Positions 53,642-64,000 of a DNA stretch of 64,000 nucleotides are shown here, piece after piece. The number at the start of each line of letters is the position of its first letter. Position 1 is the first letter of the stretch. The notes under the pieces were generated by a model. It did no database searches and was not told the DNA's origin. It saw nothing but the letters and a program-made list of their open reading frames with translations. Both the position numbers and the translations under genes were made by a program. The stretch is from the NCBI GenBank assembly GCA_963924565.1, contig OZ004610.1:33914001-33978000 (forward strand). The letters run 5' to 3'. Origin of the DNA: Ascidiella aspersa (taxonomy: Eukaryota).

Positions 53642-53794
53642 AAGCTATCGAAGACTCACCGCATCTATCGATTGATGGTGAAGCAAGACACTTGACTGAG
53701 GTCGTAAGTTCGAACCTCACTGCAGGCTAATTGTTAGCCTGCCTTGCTTGCATCATTGATCGACAGATTCGGTGAGTCTGCGATGGATTAGCTT
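53642..53794 (+). ncRNA. Candidate structured RNA or palindromic SINE/MITE: ~42-bp stem closing a three-way junction with two short hairpins
   Basis: Arms 53647-53687 and 53743-53784: by eye 35 WC pairs, 3 G-U, 3 mismatches and 1 bulge, extended by aagcta/tagctt. Loop hairpins tgaggt..acctca (53697-53719) and gcaggctaa-ttg-ttagcctgc (53722-53742). B-box-like GTTCGAACC at 53708. Confidence 0.45.
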
Positions 53795-54192
53795 GTTTGG
53801 TTTATATGTCGTTTTATATTATAAACAAAGCAAAACGACTAATTATACTCCGATTAGCCAATTCCCACTAATTTGTGCAACATTTATTATGTCACATTTG
53901 AACGGCATTTAGATTCTGCTGCTATCATTAATTAATTTGTTGGTTCTGGTTAGTTAAATTTGATGTGGGATTGTTACTGCTTTCTTGCAGATTGCCCCAT
54001 TTAATGTCTAGTGTGCTCCATTTGTGCGAAATCTTTAGTTCGGATTCCTTATTGGTCCGTTTTTGATTTAATTATGTTTTGCGAACACATTTTTTTTTCT
54101 TTGTTGCTTAAAAGACAACGATACGGAATTAGAACGACAGCTTATTTAGTGCATATTTTGAGTTGTGTGGAACCTATTAAACCATTTTGTTG

Positions 54193-54363
54193 CTTTGAAG
54201 CATAATGGCTGGAGGTTGTAGTTAGGCGTAGAATGAATATTAAAGCCCATACAGAAGTGGGTGGCAGTTTTTGAACGTTTGGAATAAAAAAATGAATATA
54301 GAGGTATTTGAAACTTTTAAAATGCTTCCTGCTTCTGCATAGGATTTGCTATTCTTATTACAA
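54193..54363. mobile_element. Foldback-type MITE family A (subunit-core-inverted subunit)
   Basis: ctttgaagcataatggctggaggttgtagttaggcgtagaatgaatattaaagcccatacagaagtgggtggcag...aaaatgaatatagaggtatttgaaacttttaaaatgcttcctgcttctgcataggatttgctattcttattac. Confidence 0.85.
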
Positions 54364-57300
54364 TTTATTGCTAAAAATTGAAATTTTAACCAACCGCATT
54401 AAACAACCGATATATGTATAAAGCGAAGTGACACGATAATTGTTAAACGACTGGTTTCGTTTTGACTGCAAGAAAATACGTTCAATTGAACCAATGTCTT
54501 GTAACCTATACCTTAAAATTGCCGGGTGCGCAAGGCATAACGGGCAAGGCTGTCGTTAGCCAATCCTAAACGACCCCGTATGACGCATGGAGCGTAGTTA
54601 TGTGATTTACAGAGTGTTACATCTATCCAGCTTAAACCACAACTACCGGGGAATCGGACACCTCGCCTTATTTTTGGGTCGCTTTCGATAGATGCGGACC
54701 TACTTCAAACGTAAGGCGAAAGGGTTGGAATTTGGACCCACAGGAAGGGAGACTGGGGTGCATCAGGGGAGAATTGACCCCATATTTTTTCATCATATAT
54801 TTTTTCACTCAAATTTTATATCCCTGTCTTTAAAAATGCAAAAAGGGGCGTTAACGAAGGGATTTTCTTTATTTTTTAGTGTAGCATTTCATAGCATGTT
54901 TTATTGGCGTAAAGTTTAACTAATGGAGGGGATGCATTTTATCAGAAAAAATACTAACTAGGCCGTTGGTACCTTTCTTACTTTCACATTTATTGATTTA
55001 AAATGAAGCACTTTAAAAACTTCTAAATGAAACCGAAAAAAAATCCAGTCAAATTTTAAAATAATTTCCAAATTACAATTTAGTTAATTTGAACAAACCT
55101 AAATCAATTTCTGCGCTATTTTTGAGCGGTTTTGTATTTTTGAATGTTCATCATAGTAGTAATTATACCCCTCCGTATGTATTTTTACACGTTCCTTCAT
55201 ACTGGGGACATTATAGAGTATCAACTTCCAGATGCATTAAGGTCTTGTATACTTGTAGAAACCGTAACTCTGCTCAGACCACCCACTTATAAAACTTCAA
55301 AGTTCGCTAGAATTTAACATTTTTTCATTTTCAATAAGGTGGTCTTTTTAGGGGCTGTATTTCTTTAATTCTAAATCTGGAAATCAGGTGGTGCTGTTTG
55401 AAGACAAATTGTGTTAAAATCACTTTTTTTCAACCTGGTGCGCTTTTTAACAGACTAAATATGGTTTTATAAACTGTTCAAAACTCATTATTATCAACTG
55501 TTCTTTTGTATCATCTCGCCCGTCTTGTAAATAAGTAAAATACTTATAATGGAAGTAAATAATAATCTTTAGATTATTCTGGCCCAAGTCAGGCGTTGTC
55601 TGATAAATAACAGATTAAATAATCGAAACAACAAACAAAGCTAAATTATGCAGACCCTTTGTGGTCTTTATTTATGCGTTGAAACTAATGATATGTTTTT
55701 ATAGTGGCCTATATTCCCTAAAATATTCATTATCGATGGCGAGTTATAAAACAAACAACACGATTTGGATTTAAGCGTTCAGAGCCTCAACGCTATGGTT
55801 TAGGATAAAAAATGTATCGGAATAATGCTGATGATATATTTTTTGCGAAATATTTGCCTTTACTTTGTGAATCATAGCTAATAAACAACTGCTACTGATG
55901 CGTTTTTTTAGTAACTCTGATTTTGCTAGAATTATCAAGTCTTTTTGGTCATTTTTTTCCACCAAATAATGTCTGTTTCCGAGGTTTGTTGAATAAACCT
56001 GAGCAAAAATGTGAAAGACTGTAACAAACTTATTTTGCCATAATTAGGATCGTTTCGTCTTTTTTTGTCAACCCACATAAAGTGCAGCATTCCAAAATCA
56101 GGAAAAAACGAAAAAAAAACAGGGTAAAACGCAGCTACCCCAGCATCAGTGCAATAAGGTGGTGGTGGTCTAGTTAGCAAGGCAAGTGGAACGACTGTTT
56201 ACACTTAATTGAAGCTGAAACCGAGGAATCCATGACACTAAGCCAGCGAATAAATAAAGCGTTTTCCACTTATTTCAGGCTGGGAAATGGCCGTTTGGCT
56301 TCGACGGGAGTAAATAACTGGATTACCCGGCTCTCTGGTCGGAATGTAAATGTTTGCATTGTTTCAATGGCGTTCTGTAACACAACTGTAATTGACCGCA
56401 GTTGTGATAACACGACGCCGTCAAACATTTCCAATTTCGGCGATGTTGAACAGAAAGATGCTGAAGTTGCTATTTGCGATTGCAACAGATGATGTAAACT
56501 TCGACAAAAAAGCAAAACTCCTGGTATACAGGGCTCGGTTGTTTTGGAGATTTTGTCAACGTTGTTTAATAAACATATTAAGGAATGCGTGGTGGACGCA
56601 TAGCAATCCCGAAACTCCTAAACTTAATAAACTTTTGTTTTCTGCGAATAGGCCTGAACTTATTCACTTATGCTGCAAATTCCCTGACAAACTATGAATA
56701 TAATTGTATTTAGAAATTCGAAGTTTTACAATTTTAGTTCCTTCGTGTTGTTATTTTTCTTTTTAAGAATTTATGATTTTTATAACCGTTCATTTTTTTA
56801 CTTTTTTAACTATACTTTTTTTAATAAAACACTAACACAAAAAAACATAATAATGGATACATTCTCTGTTCTTTTGAGACTGAATAAAAAAACGTTATTT
56901 TTTTTTATAGCGCACCATTCATTGCCACCAATCTATTTTGTTGATTCTATTATAAGCTAATGACGTCATTATTTGTATTACATCACTGCGTACGACGTCA
57001 TCGTTAAGATTGTGGGAATTTAAAGTGGCGCTTTTTGTTAAGTTTAGAAAAAGACACTTTTCAATTTTGATTGGATTTCCCTGATAAAAAGTTTCCAAAG
57101 TGAAAATTAATTAAAGGTCCCGCCTACTTTGTATTATGAGTTATTGCAACAGATAAATCACGGCTGTCTGGCGCGATTTATTTGTTTATTCCCGGATGGG
57201 TTGATTTTTATCTTCGTGCGGCCAAGAACCTCTCAACTGAGGGTTTCACACCTTGAATATGGCCGCCCTTAAACCGTTTCGACCTTATCGTTCATTTGCA

Positions 57301-57849
57301 GGCAAAAGAGAAAGCCATACGCAGATTAGCTGTGCCTTGATTAACGATACCGAGAGCTCGTGGCTTCACACTTAAGCACAAAAGAGGCTTTTGTTCCCCG
57401 GTGAAATGCAACCAGATTGGCCGGCGATAAGAAGCGTGCATTTTGCATGCGATTTAGCGGGGCGAGAACCTTCTGTCATATGTGGTAGATTTTTAAGCTT
57501 GATAAGACACTAACAATACACAAGCTACGTACGCGCTGTACGCCGTAATTAACCTTTTCAAGACCTAAGATGTAACTGATTGAAAGGCAAAAACGCCCTT
57601 TTTTTCGTTTCTTAAATAAACAAATGAGATTGCAGCTCAAAAATGTAAAAGTAACATCTCGCAAAAACACAACAAACTAAAATAGGATTTCGACTACCAC
57701 ATAATGTTACACGAAAATTACTTTTCTACCGGGATCACTTTGTTTTGTTGATGTAACTGAATAAAAGTCAAAACCGCCCATAAAAACACGATTATAAAAC
57801 TTTAAAAAATGCCTGGTTTTTAACACAAAATAGAAATGTGACAACATAC

Positions 57850-58258
57850 CAATCAAAAACCTGTTTCACAAAAACAAAGTGTTCAACTTTGTTGTTTACA
57901 AAACATAAAATAACTGTTCTTTGACGAAATCCGAATAGTTCATGTTTTTTTTTCGACAAAGATAGTGGGGATTGATATCCGTCTAACTTAAAAAAATATT
58001 TGCCAAAAATGAAACCTTAAAAAATATAAAGAAAAATACCAAATAAACCAAACTTTTCAGTAAAACATGATGTTTCACAAAAATAAATCATCGCCCGACA
58101 GAACTTTGCCAATTTAACGCTCACATAACTTGAACGCATATTGTGTGTCAAAATCCGAATAATTGATCTTTTGCTACTTTTTGGACCAATAACTCTAGTT
58201 TGTTTGGATTTGTGATTTCTGCCAAGATAGTTGTGATTCATATCCGTCTAAAACACGC
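57850..58258 (+). repeat. Highly degenerate tandem duplication (period ~210-265 bp)
   Basis: Collinear paired words tgtttcacaaaaa, aaatccgaata, aagatagt.g.gatt and atatccgtctaa each occur twice in the same order. Confidence 0.6.
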
Positions 58259-60575
58259 GACTGAGATTTCTTCATATCAATTGCAAGATAAATATCTGGT
58301 ACATCCGGATTTTTGGCTGCTGCATGTCCAACCCCCTCTCTAACCTGCATGTCAACCTTCAATCTAACCTGTTCATCGGAATGCCTCTGCAATCGGAATT
58401 TCTGCAGATGCAAAAGTGACGTAACCCCTTCGACTTGTCTGACGTCAGAGCACGGAGTTGAGTGACGTGTTTAACCTGAATTCAACCGACCTTGTAATTT
58501 CGCTTGTCAATGATTGACGCAATGAATCCACTTTTTTGTCAAGGAGACAGTATTTCGTAGATCAAAGACAACTTCATTCACCCTCTGTTCGTAAACCGCT
58601 TACTGTTCGCATTTAGTTAAGGTGGTATATTGCAATTTTTAGGCAAAATGGCACACTTTTTTATGGTTTGTTTTACGTTAATAAGGGCACAGTATTCAGG
58701 ATTTTTAATACAGCGTGACACAGATCAAGAACAATCATTTCTTCAAGCTTTTTTTGGATTTGTATAGTCATATGCCCTAAAAAAACACCCTAAGTATATT
58801 TTGGCGCAGATATTGCGATAAAGGCTTAAACCGGCAGGGACAGAAAACTTGCGATGTCAGGCGAACAAAATCAGATATAGAAGAGTCAAACTTCGTCGCG
58901 TGCGAAAGAGGCTAAAGCCTGGCACAAGTAGCACATGCAAAAGATCGTCCATCTACACCGCCCAGCCTATTCCAGTGTCACTTTATCAAACAATCTCTAC
59001 CCCTTTTGGCTTGCATTACGGCACGCTTCGTTCTCAATGCTAAAATGAAACCGCCGGTCGATTTAGGTCAAGCTAAACCCTTTTTATAGGTATAAGCATT
59101 GAATGAACGGTTGTGTTTAAGAACTAGGATACAAAATTTTGACACAAACTCCAAAGTAGGTAAGTACATTTTGTTGAAACGTATGGGAAAAACACTTTGA
59201 AATAATGCCTATTTAAAACATTGTGAAATTTATCAAATTAATTTAGCAAAATCTCTACGCTTGTTAGGTCCTCAATACTGTACACTTGGCTTCGAAGGAA
59301 AAAAACGCTGAACATTTCTCGGTAACTCTAAATCGTTTCAACGTAAACCATGATTAAAAAGATTATGTTCGGCAAAATAGGATTGAAACCAGCCGGCAAA
59401 TAATTAAGTAGAGTACACATTATAAGAACTACAAAAAACATTATGAGTACCATGCTTACATATATATAAAATATAACGAATTAATTTTCAAGGTCTTTAG
59501 GATTTCACAGACTGCTTTGCGTGGCGAATTTTTGCAGCAAGGAATTAAATTTAACTTAACACGGGATCGTTGACCTGACCCAGTTTCTAGCGGTCGCCTA
59601 ACTTTTCCCGCCCATGTAAACGACACCTTCTTATCCGCAATCTGAGGTTAGGATCTAGCGGATTGAGCTTACAATAGAACTCCCATGGTGCACGGGTTCT
59701 AAACTTGCTGAGATTTGACTCTGTGGGTGACTTGCACGAAAATAGGTGTATTTCCAAAAAAGCTATATTTTGTCGGGCCTAAAGACGCTTTTGTGACCTT
59801 CAATTGTGAGATTAACTGCTCGTTTTAACAGGAACTTTTTCCTATACACTACATTTACATGTTGTATTGGGCAACTTAATATTGGTACAAATAGTTATAT
59901 ACTACTAATTAAAACTCCCTAACCCCTACAATTTTATCGTAAAAATGAACCTCCTTAGATACGTGAAAGTGAAAATTCTCACCCAAACATGAAATCACAG
60001 GGATACTACAATAACAACACGCTTATAAATGAGAAGACAAAAAAGTCAAGTAGATCGACATGTAAACATTAACTGAAGATGATACAAGCTCTTATCGAAA
60101 CGTCTTATAAACTTTTTGGCTTGCAATATTATCAAGCAACATTACAGATACATGCATATAGTCTACCCAAGCTTACACTGGCTATAATAAAAACTTACCT
60201 TTAAATGCTGCAAGGATTGCATAACGCAAAAACTCGTTGTGCAACGTGCTTTTGATTGACGTGCTTCAGCTGCAAATGCGGTCCTTGTATGGTCACAAGT
60301 TCAACCTTACGCTCCCGAGAAGCGAAAGTATACGGTATCCCAGCTTCGTGACTAACGTGCACCGTGATTGCAAGGAAACCCTCGCCCTGGAAAGTTCACG
60401 CGGATTGTTCGCGTTTGAAACACCGAGTCATGCTCGCGCGGTTGCGATCGACGCGTATCACGTTGCCCCCCAGATTTACATCGAACACCCCCGAAAACTC
60501 GAAGGCGAAAATAATGGGAAATTAAAGCTGGTGCAAATCCAGATTAAATTGAAATCTTAACGTATTTGTTTAAGA

Positions 60576-60767
60576 CGGTGATTTTCAAACATTTTCGTTT
60601 TTATCCCTTGAACAAACTTAAGTATGGAGATTTCACCGGATCAATAACAGCAACATAGCCCAGTATATTTGCCTCAGTTTTGAAATACAGGTTTAGGGAA
60701 GACGCTAATCCAGGGGGTTTTTACGTTTACGTGTGGACATCGTTAAGAAAAAGTTGAAGAACCCCTG
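60576..60767. mobile_element. Degenerate hAT-type MITE
   Basis: Ends cggtgattttcaaac ... aaaagttgaagaacccctg. Both flanks have TA at positions 4-5 (gttTAaga / ataTAtgc), but the TSDs are not identical. Confidence 0.5.
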
Positions 60768-61177
60768 ATATATGCTTTATATATCGAAGATAGTCAAGCA
60801 AATGTGCTTTATTTTAAAGGGGGGGCACTATTAGCCTTGAAATTACATTTGTTATGTGGATACTAAGATTTTTGCACCCACAACAAACTTATAACAGGAA
60901 CCAACACGCTTTTGATAAGCTTAGGCTACGTCATTGTAGTGTTGGCATTGTACGAAGACCATGAAAAATGTGAATAAGTCCAGCAGAAACGACTTGCCTC
61001 GTTTTAATGCATTACAATAATAGGTTAGTTCGGTGTGTAAACGTTTGCTCTGCCAACGCAAAGAGCGTTCTAAGTTAACGACGCAGTCCTGACATTTACT
61101 CAGAGTTCGGTCGGCCAATTGCCAATGCTTAACTGGCGACAACAGATTCGCCCAATACCACAAAACCTCTGGCTTTC

Positions 61178-61268
61178 TAAGTCCATACAGAAGTAGGTAT
61201 CATCTTGCACGTTTTCGAAAAAACTCTTTATTCATGTTGAAAACCTCCAACCATTATGCTCCAAAACT
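61178..61268. mobile_element. Foldback-type MITE family A, internally deleted copy
   Basis: aagtccatacagaagtaggtatcat...acgttttcgaaaaaactctttattcat...aacctccaaccattatgctccaaaa. Confidence 0.8.
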
Positions 61269-61689
61269 CTGACTAGTATGTTATATTAAAGTTTTACGTT
61301 GTGAAAATAGCAGAACCACGATGTTTTACAACATCAAAGCAGTCTCTTTTTTAATAGCCACTTGTTTTGTTATTACCTTATTTCATTTTACACAAGAACG
61401 TTAGACGGGTCCGCTTTTAGAAAGAAACATGTAAGCCAAAGTACATTTCTTGAAGTAATATCGTCCAAAAAATCTCCTAATTTAGTCTGGCACAACAATG
61501 CATTTTTTAGGAAGGTAATTTTTAACAATGTGGTTCTTTATCATAAATTTTACAATTCACCAACATCTACGCTAGGTACAATATACTTTTATGTAAATTC
61601 AAGGCTGTAAATTGAGTGACAGTTTTAAATGACATACTTTGTTTAACAGGGTCGCCTGTAATTATTTTACAGCCTTAACTTTGGAACTC

Positions 61690-61691
<2 letters not shown>

Positions 61692-61722
<31 letters not shown>
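61692..61722. repeat. Poly-T (31 nt) homopolymer
   Basis: Pure T run; adjacent to another family A fragment (61733-61813: tagttagacgta...atgctacctacttctatatgggct). Confidence 0.95.
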
Positions 61723-61725
<3 letters not shown>

Positions 61726-64000
61726 GTTAAAGGTTTTAGTTAGACGTATTATAATTTTGCAGCCAAATAGATGTATTCAAAATTGCCAATGCTACCTACT
61801 TCTATATGGGCTATTCCTATAACCGCATCAACAGTTAATGTTTAATTAATACCGCATTACACTTTTTGGTTTGACCTTTTTGGTGATCTATTCAGCGACA
61901 CTCAAGAGTAATTTTTCACCTCAGCTCACTCACGCTTGCAAATATAGCGGCTTTAGCGACTTCAAAGGCGGAGCAAACAAGGTTCCAACTCCTTGCTGAG
62001 TTTATCACACGTGTAAGTGACAGTAGCTATTGTCCTCAGCACGTCCAACGCCATTCATAAATCGGCGCATGAAACGGTAAAAGGGCAACTATGGTAGAGT
62101 AGGTGCGGGGGTGTCAATGCTTCGTGATTGCATGACGTGATAAATACACTCAGTTAGAAAGTTTTTTTTTTAATATCACCTTATTGTAAATCTATGCACT
62201 TCTCACAAAAGTATAGTATATATTTTTGGCGTCCTACAGACCTATACACATCTAAAAAAAATTAAAGAAAATGAGCACAAATCACAATATGTTTTTGCCT
62301 TGCTTTGTACCTACAAACGTTCGATGCCGTACACCCTGGTGAAGGCCTACTGTAAATTTAAGGCGATATAATCGCCCTTTAAACCCGATATAATCAGGCA
62401 ATTAAACTGTTTTTTTTTTGTTTTTGTTTTTTTTGCGATGTTAGTTTTTGTTAACTATTATTTTAACATTTTTCGTCCCTAATTGTGGTGTTTATTAAGT
62501 TTCAAATTCTGTAGGGTTGCGTTAGGACAGTCCACTGGTTGCATCAAAAGTAGTTGTAGGACACACACACTGGTACAAAACAGGACACCATTAGATGAAA
62601 CACGTGGTAGAAATTGCAACTGACTTTGAAATCCACCGACCGTTTAATAATTGACTATTTTTCCTGGTTTTTGTTCAAATTTACCGCTTTCCCCAAAACC
62701 TTTCTCCTTTAGTGATACGAGCGTCCTAATATTTGCTCCCTTCGTGTAAAATTTAACGAGTCCTCTTTTCTATAAAGCTCGTAACTTCCGTGGATTTAAC
62801 GATGTCTGTCGCGCAAACCACTCACTAAACACACGGAATATCTTAACCCTTTGTAGCTGGAAACACACTTGAAAATGCCGCTAGATAAAAATGTTAAACT
62901 TTTTAATGATATTGTTTACTATACTAATTTGTGGCCAGCAATCATTACAAAATTAAAAGGAATTTTACCAAATGTTTGTTGTGTATAGATTCTACATTAT
63001 TTGATATGTTGGTCAGCAATTACGCGCATTTAACATTTTAGTTGTATGCCACAAGATATTCTTAAGTGTGCCATGTGAAAATAACCCATCCGAAGAATAC
63101 TAATCTATCCGAACATCCATGATGTGAAAAATTTGCAAAAATAATATTAAAACCAACTTTGTTGTGTAAAAAAACATGCCTTTTATTTTTAAGTGTGCCG
63201 CTAGTTAAAAACGTTTGAAAACGACTACCGTGTTTCAACTCAGATTTACATTTTTTGCGACATTTATTATACCAACCTATAGCCTCCATAGCGCCCTACT
63301 ATCATAGTGTTCATCCAACTTGATACTCGGATGATGTGCAAATATTTGCTGTTATGATGTCACAATCAATCACGTGGACGAGTTTAACGATTATCTGTCG
63401 ATTGTGCGTCACAAACGCTTTACTATGACGGGAAGTTTTCCATTCTTAATTCAGTCATTTTTGAGAGGTATGTGTGACGTAACAGTACCCGTTAGTGCAG
63501 TGGACAAACATTTGGAACGCGTCATTTGCGTTGCATCATTTAAAAATGCTTGTTTGTTACCTTTTACCTATTTGCCTGTTAGAATTTTATTGCTGGGTAA
63601 CTATGTCTAAAAGCAAAATTTATGGGACACTGTTGTCGTGGCAACATGTACTCGTTACATTCCTCTTGTACAAGTTTTGTTTAACGTCCATTGTGCGCAA
63701 AACATTTCAAACTGGCCTTTTAGTCGCTAAGGATTTAAGCAACAGAAAAATAAATTATATCATTTGTTAAGCTTTTATCCACATTATGAAAAAAGAACAA
63801 CAGTTTTTTTATTGTGTGCTGCGTGCATTCAACATACCAAACCCTGTAACAATAGCCAACATTTAATATGCTATGCACTTTTGCCTAAAAGTTTAAACGG
63901 TTTCAAAATCAACATATTCACCTCGTGAAGCGCTTTAAGAATAACAGAAAACTCACGTTGCCTAATAAGTTTCTATTTTCTTCTTCGATTTAACGTTGTG

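Noticed and set aside
53697-53718. let-7-like sequence tgaggtcgtaagtt
   Set aside because: Seed mismatch, 3' half unrelated, and it lies in a short loop hairpin rather than a pre-miRNA arm.
53676-53745. tRNA gene or hammerhead ribozyme
   Set aside because: No cloverleaf (no acceptor or anticodon stems, A-B spacing short) and no CUGANGA/GAAA core on either strand.
13351-63770. Numerous 60-130 aa ORFs in the desert
   Set aside because: Lengths and compositions are as expected by chance; none resembles a known protein or transposase. Small true exons cannot be excluded without RNA data.

Overview
Eukaryotic, AT-rich invertebrate genomic DNA. It is most likely an ascidian/tunicate; this is inference from composition, GTTAGT/GTTGGT-type donors and abundant TGACGTCA/TGATGTCACAA words. 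I can support only one protein-coding gene: a minus-strand N-terminal-RASSF (RASSF9/RASSF10-like) gene. Its large coding exon lies at ~10.1-11.9 kb, with a duplicated splice-acceptor region and a CpG-rich putative promoter/5' exon at ~12.0-13.0 kb. The remaining ~60 kb has no recognisable coding exon. It is a mosaic of 200-400 bp GC/CpG-richer, motif-rich patches alternating with AT-rich troughs. The troughs hold many non-autonomous DNA-transposon relics: at least 15 copies of a modular foldback-type MITE, several hAT/Buster-type MITE ends (one with an intact 8-bp TSD), a probable Helentron-associated (HINE-like) element, and local tandem duplications. The best novel candidate is a ~150-nt branched hairpin at 53.64-53.79 kb with wobble-biased mismatches and Pol III A/B-box-like motifs. 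Next is the unusual RASSF protein, which shows no obvious coiled coil but has its own RVxF and PxxPxK motifs. No prokaryotic features (operons, CRISPR, rRNA) and no intact tRNA were seen. All repeat boundaries and counts were made by eye.
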